Positions 11,270 to 24,230 of a stretch of DNA of 64,000 nt are shown here, in pieces. How positions within the stretch are numbered: the stretch's first letter is position 1; the number at the start of each line of letters is the position of its first letter. The stretch is from Psammoneis japonica (taxonomy: Eukaryota). A program made the position numbers and the translations under genes. The DNA lies in the NCBI GenBank assembly GCA_008632985.1, contig QPGO01000031.1, forward strand, positions 372,001 to 436,000, read 5' to 3'. The notes under the pieces were generated by a model, which was not told the DNA's origin, ran no database searches, and saw nothing but the letters and a program-made list of their open reading frames with translations.

Positions 11270-13650
11270 TGAAACAACAAACTCAAAATGGGGCAGTGCC
11301 ACAGCTTTGCAAAGATTGGCTTGTGTCAAGAACACCCCTCCATGGGGACCAAGACAGATTCAAGAAGCCTGCTCTTTTGGCAGATGTGCTGGTCAATGAA
11401 GGGGGGGGGGGGGGAACATTTCATGGCAAAGAAAGCAAGCCTTTAAAAGCAACAGAGTCAGGGGCAAATGAAGAGAAAGCTCACCAGGGTGGGCATCAAA
11501 GAAGTGTGTTTTGGGAGCTCTTTCCAACAATTTGCTCCTTCTCAGATGCACTGCATGGGAGAGCTGCAACTTCAAACTGCTCAGTGCAATGGCTCTCACC
11601 ACACAAAAAGGTTGGCCCTTCAAACTGCTGTGCCACCCTGTTGGTCTGTGGCAGCAGCATTGGAGAGCAACTAAAAAAAGTTAAAGCCCACAACTTCGCC
11701 CCACAACAAACCAGGAGAATCTCCTGTCTCTCCTTCCAATGCACTCAGCAGAACAAAGTTGTCAACATGTGTGTCAAGGAGGGCTCAGCAGTGCAAAAGC
11801 AGTGAGCAGCTGTCTTGCCAAACACAATGTTCCAACTGGAGACTGTCCCAACCCCTTCAGAAGATTCTTTCCCAGTGGAAATTTGCACTTCACACCAAGG
11901 TGTTTGGCAATTCATGCCGCATTGGACTGTCTTAGCACTGGAAAGGCAGGTGCCTCTTATGGGCTGTTTCTAAGACAGCCTCCAGGCATTGCATTGGTGG
12001 GAAGAAGTGCTTTTTTGAGACTTGGCCCTTCACATGCCCCTCAATTCCTTGACTGACTTGTTGACAACCAGCACCCTCATGGCAGGCAGAGACGGCTTGG
12101 TTCTGCACCAGCAAGCTGCACTCCGATGGACAATCACAAATCAAGGCAGTCTGCCAGTTGACTGTGCGGGCCCAGTTTTTGGCAGGTCACCATCATCTTA
12201 CCGTGCAGAGGCTTGTGGCGTGTTGTCAACATTGTGTTTCCCATTTCATGTCCTGGACTGCTGCAAAACATCCAAGCATCAAGGTTTGGAAAACTGGTGT
12301 GACAACAAAGCGTTGGTCAAAGTGTTGCAGCACTTCCATTCTTCCCGGCCGTCCATCAATCCCTGTGTTCAAGACAATCAAGACAAAGACTGCTGCGCTC
12401 ATTGTTGTGGAGCAAACGTGTTGTCCTCAGACTGGGATGTGACAAATGAAATTCTTCAGACAACTGCAGAGATTCAAGAGCTGCTGGATGATTCCTCCAA
12501 CGGACAAGCCCCTCCAGTCAAATGGGTTGAAGTGCATCAGGATTGGCACACCCAACCTGCCGCACTGCCTTTGAACACCAGAGCAACAAACATCCATGCC
12601 AACAGCCTGGCTGGCCGGCATCAATCACAAATCTCCAAGAACGCCACTGAAGTCATCCCTTTTCCACATTGCCAAGCCTGCCTCTCTCTCCCTGATGGCA
12701 CAGCAATGGCCAGCTTAAAAGCCTCAGTCCGGCATGCAGCAACGGCCCCTGCTCTCAAGCAATGCATTCAGGAAAGGAGCCAATGGGACAACTCAGCAGT
12801 GTCTCAGACAGACTGGGAAGTTCACACTGCCCTCATTGAACGGTTCTCCAAGCAACATGTTTCTGCGGTCAAACTCATTCATGAGCTTCTGCCCGCCAAC
12901 AAGACAGCCCACAGATGCAATTCGGTTTGTCCTTGTCATTGCCTGTCATGCAAAAGCCCAATGGAAGACTGCAACAATGTCCTGCAGTGCCTGGAAAACA
13001 AAGACTGGCAATGCACCTTTCTCCAGGGGCTGCGCAAGCATTGTGACAAGATCAACACCATGCCTCCTCCACATGATCTGCTTCTTTCCTCCTTGGAGAC
13101 ATGGCTCCATGGTGAAATGACACATGTCACAGACATGCCCCCAATGCTCTGCTCATTGTGGCAGGTTCAGTCCAGCATTGGATGGAGACAAATCTTCAGC
13201 GACAGCTTCTCCTCACTGTGGAGCACTTTCCAAGAGACACACTTGCACAAAACCGGTTTGCTTGAGCAGTGCTGCAAAGACAATCACCCACCCCCAGTGT
13301 GGGCTGTTCAGATTGGGCCACACATGTGGAGATCATGGTGGGAACTGTGGGAACGATGTGGCAAACATGTGCATGGACACGATGCAGATTCTTGGAAATC
13401 TTCACAATGACAACAAGCAGAGGCTGAACTCACAGCCATTTGCAACAAGAAACAAGACTGTCTTGCAAAGGACAGAGCAGATCTCATGGATTCATTGGAG
13501 GATCACATGCCACACTGCACCTCACAGACTGTGAATTGGGTTGCAACGATCAAGCCCCGCCTCAAAGCCAGCATCAGCAAAGAAGAAAGAAGCAAGGCAT
13601 CTTGCCCTTCCTTGTGGCACACATTCCATTGACAGCCATTTCGGAAGGGG
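11270..13650 (+). mobile_element. Degenerate non-LTR retrotransposon 3' part (RNase H plus C-terminal Cys/His finger)
   Basis: GRDGLV (~SDGS), SSYRAEACGVLS, WCDNKALV, WVEVHQD (~VKGHQD), NIHANSLA, CLSC..EDCNNVLQC, IGWRQIF, WELWERCG. Confidence 0.8.
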
Positions 13651-14199
13651 ACATCATCGTCAGGTGACGTCCCGCCCAGCCAGTCTTTGTTCCTCTTCTG
13701 CCACACAAGCTCAGTGCGCTGGAAGTGTGGGTCAGCTGGCGCCAGCACAGCTGGCAAAGGAGCAACAGCACTTAAAAATTAGATCTGTTTTTTTGTCTTG
13801 CCAAAGATCTCTTCACAGTCAGAAAGCTTTCTGAGTGGCATCTGCAGCACAGGCCTGTTCCAGTTCCAGGTGTTGTGCACGGGTGCGCCATTCATCACTG
13901 GCCTGTTTTTTTCATTTTTGGCACAATGAACTCTTTCAAATTTGATTTTTTTCAAATTGAAGAGTGAGTGTGCACAAAACTTCTAATTTTATCTCGTGTG
14001 CACTCAATTTTCAATTTTTGAAATGATTGAAATTGAAGAAGCTCAGTGTGCCAAATGCAATTTTTGGCTGGCGTTGCACTGCTCCACATGAAAAATGCTC
14101 TCTGCCCACTCACTTTTTCATTTTTCAGAGCTCACATTTTTTGTCTGCTTCAACTCAGCTGATGTCCAAACACACCCTGTTTCTCCAGACACCAGACAG

Positions 14200-17100
14200 T
14201 TAATTTCACTGAACATGCCACAAAATGATGTCCTTTCAACCTCTCCTCCATCTCATCCACCAGCCCTCTTGGTGTGCACATTTTTCACTCAAAGCTCCAA
14301 TGCATCATGGTGAAGAAGAGGAAGCAAGCTGGAGTTGGCCGTCGACACAAGTCAGGAGAGCTGGCAACAACAAAAACAAAAAGTGTCATTGTGAACAAGG
14401 GTCTTTTTTCCAAGACAACAACCTGCCCCCTCCCAAATCAAAGCTGAAGAAACAACAACCACTCCCTCCAACATCACCTCTCACAATGCCGCCATCACTC
14501 CCTCTGTTGCTCCCACTGACCAAACTCCTGTCAACCCAAAACCCTCTGCAGAGTGCTTTGCTTTCAACCCTTCTTGGGCCTTTGATGAGACCCAGAGATC
14601 TCCAACAACCACTTTGTCATGCAGCAGTCACAAAACAAGAGATGGCATCTCATCTTGTGCTGCCACTCTGGAGCAAGAACAAGCCCGCACCTTCTTGCAT
14701 GCACTGCAGTTTCCCAACTCAGCTTGCCATGTTGAGGCTTGTGATTTGACACCACCAAAAATGAAGGCTGTTGCTTTGCAAATGACCAAACAGCTGGGCA
14801 AAATGTGGGGATGTGCCAACAACAAAAGCAACAGTGGATGCTGCACTGATGACAAAAAATGTTTTGTCCATTCAGCGGCAATTGGAGTCTCCAGTTCTCC
14901 AGAAAGACCTGTCAATGAGCCCAATTTGTCTTTCCAAGGACTGTGCCAGTGCACTTGGCCTAAACAAAAAAAACTGCTCATTGACAAATGAAGCAGGGAA
15001 AGATTGCCAGAGGAACAGCCTTGATTGAGAACAAAGGAGATGTCATGTGGTCTTCAGTGCAACCCTGTTGGTGACCTCGCAAAGTTTCCCATGAGATCTG
15101 CAAAGCCTTTGAGCATGGGTTGTCAAATCATCCTGACATGGTGCAGTCTCCCAACTCAAGAGACATGATTTTCATTAAAGATGAAGATGGAAACAAAAAA
15201 TGAGTGAAGAAATGGTCGTGCAACATGTCCATGCATGAGCTCCATGATGACATGTTGAAGCCTGTGGGTTCCGGTGGATTTGAACATGCCCATGATGCCA
15301 ATGGCAAGACAATCATCAGCGGCACAATGTTTCACTTTTTGATCCCCAAGCAATGTAAAAAAATGAAGGCCAGTCAGTGCAGCATGTGTCAATGCAGCAA
15401 TTGCATGAGTGCACACTTTCTACAAGATGCATTGAACAGGTTTCAAAGGAGGCTTTTAAAAGAGATGCAGATGAAGCAAAAGCAGCTGAAGGTTGCAAAT
15501 GATGACCCTGAAAGCTTCAAGAACTGTGACACTGCCATTGTCAAATTGGAGAATCAAATTTTCCATTGTCAAGAGGAAGTGTTTGGCTCCAATTTCAGCA
15601 ACCTTCATCCCAAAGCTCAAGATGCAGCTGCAACTGTCATTTGCAGCAATGTTGATGGTCAGGATCATCCTTGTTGGAAATGCAGCCATTTTGGGTGAAT
15701 GCAAGCATTGCCCATCCTGTCCAACTCCATTGTTGGAACAGAATGAAAGTCTCATTGCACCCCAAGTTTTGTTTCATTCAAAGGCATTTGACTGTGGGAT
15801 GTTGTTCCAAGCATGGCATGTTCATGGAAGAAAGCCATGCTTGCAAGGCACATCCAGATGGGAACAAGCATGCAAAGGTCAAACAAAAGACCTTGTTGAC
15901 AAGGTTCTGCAAACCAATCAGGGTCTTTGCAAAAAAAAAACTGCACTCTAAGTTCAAAGAAGCTGCATTGCCACCTTCCCCGCATGGCCATTCTTGGGAA
16001 AAATCATCGCATGTGGACATCTGCTGACTGCTCAGAGCATCTTCCATCTGAGCTTGACAATCAAATTTGTGGGGATCATTGTGGCAAGAGCCAAACAATG
16101 TCCATTAAAGACAGAGTTTGTGATGTGAGATTGTTGACAATGAGGCTGAGAAAACATGTCATGGGCGGGTTCTCTCTAATTCTTCCAAGCAAGATGCCAC
16201 CACAACCAATGCTCACTTGGAAAAGTTCATCACATGGCCAAAAAACCATGGGCTGTAGCATCAGGTGTGTGGCTTGTGATTTGGAATTCGCAGATGGTTG
16301 TGCCAAATGGCGCCAACATGCTTTGGTGCTGTGCTTGTTGTTGGTGTTTGCCCACAAATGCAAAGTTGTTTTTAACTGCGCTGTTGGAGCACCTGGGCAT
16401 GGCAAAGGAGGGGCTCATGGAGTTGGAGCCCACATCAAATCACTCACGCATTGAGTGAGAAATGCAGTCCATGGCTGTTGCAGGAGTCAATGATGAGGAT
16501 GGGAAAATCAGAGCTGATGGTGCTTTTGTCATTGATGACAACCATGTTGCAGCAGAGCACAGTTGCATGCAGGAATGTTTGAAATTTCTTGAAAAGAAAA
16601 AAAGTGCCAACGGCGCAGTTGGTGACAGGAAACATGCTTTGAGAGTGTCTCTTTGAAAGTTGAAAGAAAGGGTGTGTCATCTGCAAGAAGCAGATGAAGT
16701 TCTTGGCTCTTCAACTGAAGCCTCAAGTTGCAAGGATTGGCACAACTGTGCAAGAACTGCATCAGCACCATTGTGGCGTTGTTGCCATGCACCATTTTTG
16801 ATTTGAACCCTTTTTTCTCATTGGTTGGGTTGCCATGCAATGCATTCCTTGTGCTTGTCATGGCTGCCCAGATTGGCTCAAATGACCCATTTGGCAAATG
16901 ATGTCAGCCCAACCAAGCAGCCTCAACATGCAGCTGGCAACCAAACTTGCAAACACTGGCTGTGGCCCATTTTTGAATGATTCGCAAGTTTGTCAGGTGA
17001 TTCAAACAACTGAGAGTGACTCCAATGAGGTGCAGCTGGTTCACAAATCTGTGTTGGACCTTTTGACTGAAGAAATGGCAGAGAAAATTGTTGTGAAGAG

Positions 17101-17450
17101 CTGTGCTGCTGCACTGCATTCTGAATCTTGTGATGAATTCCATCTGCTGCAATGGGGTGAAGTGCCCCAAAAAGCACAAGAGGAAGATGCAGTGTGGAGC
17201 AAGTTTGGGCTGGTGAATGGGTTTGCAAATGAGTGTGTCCAAATCCTGTTCCAAGGGCCAAAGGATGGTGCTCTCCTGGAGACACCACCCATGCTGCAAG
17301 GCAATGCAGCAGTGGTTGTTCACCAGATGGCACAAAGTCATGCAGCCATCATTGCAGGTCATCACATCAAATTTGCCACCCACTTCCAAGGGAACGGTTC
17401 AATCCAAACTGGCAAAGCTTCATCTTTGAGCTCATTGGCAAGAACTTTCC
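14200..17450 (+). mobile_element. Degenerate DDE DNA-transposon transposase (Sola-like), frameshifted
   Basis: HPDMVQSP, ELHDDML..GGF..IISGTM, CSMCQCSNC, ADGCAKW, GAPGHGKGGAHG and IPCAC motifs in order across several frames. Confidence 0.65.
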
Positions 17451-17499
17451 CTCCAAGTGGCTGCTCAGCATGTTCCTTGCAAGCAACATGAGATTGTTG

Positions 17500-20400
17500 C
17501 AGGTGTTGGTCTGGTTGGCAGATGTTTGTGATCTCTCTCATTTCCAGGTCACTGTCACAATGAACAATGCCAACCAGGACAAAAACGTGCAAGTGTCTTT
17601 CTTTCCTTGCAAGATTCTCACAGGCAGGCTGCTCATCAGCAAGTTCACATCCATTGATGTCAGTGCACTTCCTTCCAGCAACATGCAAAAGCTGCACTCT
17701 GACTTCAGATCTTTCAAATCTTTCCAAACATCTGGAAACTGCATCTTGAAGTTGTTGCACTCAGCCCAATCCAGGGTCAAATGCATCACATGGTTCTTGC
17801 CCTGCAGGTTGTGACCAACAAAATCAGTGCCCTGTGCAAGACGTGAAAGTTTTCTCCTGACTCAATCTCTTGAGTCTTGCAACCTGCGGTGCATTGCAAA
17901 TTGCACCCACCTTGTGCTTGATCTTGTTCTTGCATTTTCAATTTAATGCATGGACACAGTTGGGCTTGTGTTCAGCACATTTGATGAGGCCCACACATGT
18001 GTCCACAGGACAGCCATCAAATGCATTGGCACTTTGGGAAAGCCATTCTTCACACAACATGATGCCCTCATTTGGCTCATCAAAGCAACCAAACAAGTGA
18101 GGAACAGCTCATGCAGAATCTCCAGGCCACAGTCCCCCCCCCATGAACTTGGATCAAACTAAATGAATTTTGTAGCCTGCAACACATTGCTTGAGCATCG
18201 TTGCACATTCATTTGGTCATCTCCTTTTCTTGTTGGTGCGGCACTTGTTTTTGTTCAAACAACAAAATGAAGGTGCTCTTGGTGCTCTTCATTTTGACTT
18301 TGAGCCATGAAGGCCAATGAGATCCTTGTCCGTCATTGCTCACTCCAGCATGATGATGTCTTTCATGAGCTCCACCTGGCATTTGCAACATGTGCCACCT
18401 GCCCTCCTCTCCTTCTTCTCCACCTTCATGTCTCTGAGAGTGCCAATTTTTCTGCAACCTCCAGAAAAAGACTTGCACAACTGCTCCTGTGGACACTGAC
18501 AGCCAGAAAGAATCTGACTGTCCCTGTCAGTCATTGGAACACCCACAACACATGGTTGCACCAACAACCAACAAACAATGTCAAACAATGCCTCTGATGG
18601 CATCATCTTGTGGGGGGTGCATGGGCCAAACAGGACAATGTTTTGGCAACCATGAATGCTGGCACAACATGTGAGCACTTTGCATTGTGTGTCAGTGGGA
18701 AGTTTGGCAAGGCAGGGATCATTCTCCACCGTGTCATTGTCCAATTCTTCAGGATCATTCCTGTCACAATGCTTGTCATGAAAAACACAACAGCTGTTGT
18801 TGTGCACATGCGACTTTTTCAACTTGAGACATTTGACACCTGGTGTGCAATGCTGCTTTTTGTCCACCTGCTTCCTTTCAGCATCTTCTGATTTAACAGA
18901 CCAACAATTGTGTGTTTCACACCACAGCTGTTTTGCAAATAAAATGAGATGATTCATGTCACAATGAAACCAGTGACACACAATCCCTTCAATGCCAACA
19001 TTTCAAATTTGTTCTTCACTCCCAACCTGGACTTAATTTGCCAGCAACTGTCAAACATGATCTTGCCAAAAGGCAGCCACACAATCTTTTTTGGGTCTCT
19101 GGCCCACATTTGAGGGTTGCACTTTCCTAAATTGTCAAGATGGACCTGGCAGTTGTCTTAAATTTTGCTCTTGGCAGTGCTAAAATGAGTCTCAGCAACT
19201 CGGCTTTCAATTTCAGCACAAGTGGTTCCTCCCAAAAGTCGCCATCTTTGCTCAACTCAGTGGTGCAGTTGATGTGCTCTTGGCTAGAATGAGACAATGC
19301 CACAATGATTGCAGAGCTCATCAGAGCAACCAGCTCCATTGCACACAGTGCAACAGTGTTGTCTCCATTGTTTTTCATGAGATTGTCTCACTCACAGTGC
19401 TTGTGGACATCCACCAAGTCTGAACATTGAGACATGGTGTCCGCAATGTTCTCAAAACCCAACACTCCCATGCAACAAGTCATCAGCAACTTCTGACAAT
19501 GAAGACATGCCCCCCGCTCCTTGTCACAGCAGCCAAACAAAACAGCTTGACCAGTCCAATCAAAAAGGACAAACACAATGATTTGACAGTGCAGTCATCT
19601 GTTTGTTGTTGCCCACCTCAATCATCACAACCTTGGCGTAGTTTGTCACACGCAGCGTGGACACAATCAACAAGCCCACCAACTCCTTTCTTGATGTGGT
19701 GCAACAAGACAACAGCATTGTGTTTCTTCATGGGCAGCATCCCTGATTGATTCCTGATGGCACTGCAGCCAACATCAACATGTCATTGTGCTTCTTGTCA
19801 AATGTGTTCTCTGTTTTCTCATTTGCAGTTGATTCTCACTGCAAAGTTCATGAACAAACCAAATGGCATCACAGTTGTGGAACATGCCTGGTTGTTTGGC
19901 ACTCTTGAACCCATCCACTGCACCATTCCTGTGACAAAGAGGGTGAAAGAGAGGGCTGGTCTTCTTCTTGGCTTTGCAATCTTAAGTGGCCCAAATCTGC
20001 AAGACCTTGTGGGCATGTCTGGGGATCAACAAAAGTTTGAAGAGGTTGCAGGTGCCAAGTTTTGGAGCCACCTGCCTTTGCACAACATTCATCTGTTGGT
20101 TTGACTGAAATTCTTGATGAAAGAGGACACCCTTCAACTGGCTTGCAAAATTGTTTGCTTGAGGGGCATTGCCACCGATGAAGAATTGGCCAGCCCCAGC
20201 TTTTTCTTGGTGACTGCTTTGGCCAATGTGTCCATTGTGATTGCACTGATGATTGCACACACTTCTGTTTGCAGGACAAATTCACTCCAGGGAGGGGGGG
20301 CAACATCAGCCAGTTGTTGCAAAAGTGACACAGGTGAACAGAGGCAGCCTTCAAGGCAGCTCAGTGGCAGCTGTCATCAGAAACCATTGGGGCAAACATG

Positions 20401-21932
20401 TGAGTTTGGCAGAAATTCAGAACAGGTGAATGCAAAGCAACTAAAAAAGGAGGCATGCAAAGCAACTGGCACACAAAAAGCATGTGCGCGCAGCATCTTG
20501 CATGAACCACAACACACAAAACCAATGTGCTGAATTCCAAACAAGAAAATGCAAAGAAATTGTGTCATTTGCAACAACAGTGACTGCACAGAGCCACAAC
20601 TGCATTGTGACAATGATGTGACTTTCAAATGAAAGGAATGGACAGCTCCATGCAACCACAAGGGTGAAAAGGGGGTTGCAGAGCAGTGACAGCAGTGTGT
20701 GCTGCATTGTGGCTGACATTGTGTGTGGGGTGTTTTTGTGCATGGACTGCACATGCATGCAGAAGCCTTGGCATTGATCAAAGCATTGCCAGAACAACAT
20801 CAAATGCCAACTGACACCATTCTTCCAGTGACGAAATGAGTGCCTTGGTTGTTCGAGACATGCGCTGCTCTTGTCATGAACACACACCGCATCATCAAAA
20901 CAATCAATGTTCACCAAAAGCCCATGAGTGCAAGCTCTGCCAGGTGGAGACAGAATTGTCTGGTGCTGAAACCTGTGCAGAAAATCTTGCTTGACAGATT
21001 GTGGATCACCTGAGGCTGGAACAGGCCCGCAGCATTTCCAGACCAATCAGCGCCAGCAAGCCCTGGAAGGATGCTCGTGAGATTCTTGGAAATCCCATGC
21101 GCCCTTTGTTTGCTGCCTGCAGGCTGAGCCAAGAAGATTTTCTGTTGCTGGCACCTGGTGTTTGTGAGCTCACAAGAGGTGGTGGAGGACAGCACTGATG
21201 CTGTGCACGCCCCACTTTTGTGCACATTCCATTTGCCAAGCCTTGTGCCAACCTTGGCCCTTGTTGCTCCCCAGAATGACAATTTTGTCATCCTCTAACA
21301 CAACATTCTGCTGCCATTTTGACATGAGTTGGTGTTCAACCTCACATGAGGAGCATGCTCAATGTGCCAGCACAGACTCTGTGCTGCCAGCTGGCGAGCA
21401 CTCACATTCTTTGTGACACCGTGCAAGCAATGTTTTCCAGGGAGGGGTTGCACAGATCTCTTTCTCTTTGCAATGGTTGGTGTTGGTTGGCCTCAAAAAT
21501 GAGGTCACTTGCACTGCCTTTCTGCATGTGCTCATTGACCCACACACCCCTCTCTCTGCCATTTTTTGCTGACAGGCAAGACCTCCTTGTGTTGTTTTGC
21601 ACGGTCGTGCCCGTCGCCACTTTCTGCGCTCTTCATTCAATGCCTCGCCCCTTCAAGTGCATGCTCAGGGGTCACTCCAGCTGAGACAAGCTTGTCATGT
21701 GTGGACTGAAATGCTGCCAACAACCTCTTTGGTGCATGCAGTGGCTCTGCGACACAATGCACAACTGGTGGCGCAAGGTTGCACAGCACATTGTCCTTCT
21801 TGTGGCATGTTTTGTTGAGCCAAACCGATGTGCTGTCACTCCCACTTCTGTTCCACGGACCTCAGCAAAGGGTACAGACTGTACTTTGTTGGTTTTTCCA
21901 AGGGCTTTGACCCAGAGATCGCTGATTCCCAT
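17500..21932 (-). pseudogene. Degraded large gene starting with an XPG/Exo1-like nuclease domain, probably element-borne
   Basis: N-terminus MGISDLWVKAL..EVRGTEVGV; CSSCEVEHQL..VVLEDDKIVILG at ~21358-21270 (~APYEA..QL..SEDSD); downstream extent uncertain. Confidence 0.5.
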
Positions 21933-22166
21933 TGTCGATGTTTCGAGACCGTGGCTGCAAAAAAGCGCCGCGCACGTGAATGAGTCATGCGAAATCGAGT
22001 TTTTTAGTCGTGCAGCGATGCGAGGTGCGCGATGTTTTGTTCGCTTCGGATTCATTCAAACACCAAAAACTGGAGACACAATACATTGTACGCACATTGA
22101 CCGCACAACGAATCTTCCTGGCATCATCACCAACTTGTCATTCCCCAAGAAGAAAAGAAAAGAATC

Positions 22167-23015
22167 ATGATACACCAGGTATCCCCTGAAAAACAGTCAC
22201 AAAGACGTTCCAGTGAACCTTGGATTTCAAAAGGGTGCAAGACATATCGGCGCCACCAAGTTTTCGTATCTTTGTTTGTTGTACTCTATTTGTTTCAAGC
22301 TCGGATGCAATTTCAATTCAGAACAACGCAAGACCATGCAAATTCAGTTACAAAAGACTGGTCTAAAATGAGAATTGTAATATATCTCACGACGCATCTA
22401 TCCGAACAACATTTGCTTTCCTTGGAAAAGTGTTGGCCGACCATGGTTCACAAGTCGAAAATGCTACAAAACGCAAATATATTTCTCTATGCAACTGAAA
22501 CACCAGATGATGCTGTAGTGGATGTTGCTTTCAATCAGACGAGAGGTGTATCGCGTATGAAATTGTATAAGAATCCTGGAAAACAAGAAGGAGCAATCCT
22601 TCCAGTCGTCGAGGCGATCGAAAACGTCGACGCATGGTTTGCAGCCTACGATTGGGTCGTTCGAATCAATCCGGACGTGTTGATTCTTAACGACACTGAT
22701 TTTTATCCTCTCATGAATGACCCTAATGTGGATGCTATTTTGGTGAACTGTAGGCCTGAACCACAACTCAAGATCCACACTGACTTTTTTGCCGTGAGGC
22801 CTCGTGCATTGCCCAAGGATGTTTTAGAGTACAAAGGTAAAGATGGGAGGATCAGTGCGGAACTACATTTCACAAAACAAATGCAAAAGGTTTTAGAAAG
22901 CAGGAGACATGCCTGGATGCCAGGTGTTGGTAAAGAGAAGAAAGGATGTCGAGTGTTTGGTCCCTCTGTCGTGCATAAACACCAATGGTTGAAGAAGTGC
23001 ACGAAGTTGTTTTGA
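22167..23015 (+). CDS. Type II membrane glycosyltransferase-like protein
   Basis: N-terminal TM segment, YDWVVRINPDV motif, 282-aa ORF with normal composition. Confidence 0.7.
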   Translation: MIHQVSPEKQSQRRSSEPWISKGCKTYRRHQVFVSLFVVLYLFQARMQFQFRTTQDHANSVTKDWSKMRIVIYLTTHLSEQHLLSLEKCWPTMVHKSKMLQNANIFLYATETPDDAVVDVAFNQTRGVSRMKLYKNPGKQEGAILPVVEAIENVDAWFAAYDWVVRINPDVLILNDTDFYPLMNDPNVDAILVNCRPEPQLKIHTDFFAVRPRALPKDVLEYKGKDGRISAELHFTKQMQKVLESRRHAWMPGVGKEKKGCRVFGPSVVHKHQWLKKCTKLF

Positions 23016-23153
23016 GATCTCTATCTTGAGCTTTGTCGAGGTGTAGCAGCAGTTTCCATCATTTGAGAACGTGCTGCAGCAGCCACAATGCTGATGTTTG
23101 CGCCGCGCCAGAAAAAGCAAAACCTTTTCGCTCGATTCTTTTCACTCTCCGCA

Positions 23154-24230
23154 ACAGGGCTACTCTTGCTGGGAAGGGAGGCATTATCAAATTAAGTCTT
23201 TAGTTAACTATTCTGGTGTAAAGCTACTCTCTAGAGAGTGAATCATCTAGGGCCCTACAGTACACTGTACCGTACTGACAAAAAAACCCTCTCTAGAGTA
23301 GAGAGCAAAAAATGCGGTATCTTGTAACATCTTCATCTAGAGGCGGATGCGCTCCAACAACGCGCACCAAAAACGATAAACGATAAACGATAAAATATAA
23401 ACGAAACGCAAAGAGAGACGATGACGTGAACGTCCTTCATCATCATCTTCTTCTGATAGTCCCTCTGAATAGGTCAAGCCAATGAGGGACAAACAGCAAG
23501 AAGATTCCCTGAGGGAGCTACTTGAGAAGCAATATCTTCATGCACAAGAATACTGCAACTCTCAAACTAGATACCACCAGGCGCTTGCTTCGTCGAGTGG
23601 CTCGGCACACACTTCTTCCGTGGAGAAGCGGCTTAACAGCGACTCGCTAAGACAGGCGACAATGGACATGATGGAGTGTGGAGACGCCGTTAGGTCTGAT
23701 CTCGAGGAGCTACAGGGCTACTCTTGCTGGGAAGGGATGCATCATCAAATTGAGCCTTTAGTTCACTCTTCTGGTGTAAAACTACTCTCTCTAGAGAGTA
23801 GCTAGAGCGCTGACAACTGACAAAACTTAGAGGCAGAAAATGCGGCATCTTGTAACATCTAGGCGGATGCGCTCCAACAACGCGCACCAAAACTTACAAC
23901 AAACATAACACTGAAGACGCAAAGAAGACGATGACGGGAACGGGAACGTCGTTCATCATCATCATCATCTTCTGATAGTCCCTCTGAATAGGTCAAGGCA
24001 ATGAGCGACAAACAGCAAGAAGATTCCCTGAGGCAGCTACTTGAGAAGCAATATCTTCATGCACAAGAATACTGCAACTCTCAAACTAGATACCACCAGG
24101 CGCTTGGTTCGTCGAGTGGCTCGGCACACACTTCTTCCGTGGAGAAGAGGCTTAACAGCGACTCGTTAAAACAAGCGACAATGGAAATGATGGAGTGTGG
24201 AGACACCGTTAGGTCTGATCTCGAGGAGCT
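23154..24230 (+). repeat. Tandem duplication of ~0.55 kb (23154-23711, 23712-24230) covering promoter and 5' CDS
   Basis: acagggctactcttgctgggaaggga at 23154 and 23712; near-identical coding starts at 23482 and 24001. Confidence 0.92.
23482..23805 (+). pseudogene. Truncated duplicate of 24001-24441
   Basis: Nearly identical until SDLEEL, then reads into the next repeat unit's upstream DNA. Confidence 0.75.

Larger units (their letters stand above)
10830..21870. other. TpA- and CpG-depleted, TpG/CpA-rich block A (transposon graveyard)
   Basis: Only 2 TA dinucleotides counted in 12001-13020; ORFs in all frames nearly lack Tyr and are Cys/His rich. Confidence 0.92.

Noticed and set aside
10830..21870. 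Dense overlapping Cys/His-rich ORFs in all six frames
   Set aside because: Artefact of TpA loss: TAA/TAG stops and Tyr codons are removed, so frames stay open. Not real metalloproteins, nor an alternative genetic code.
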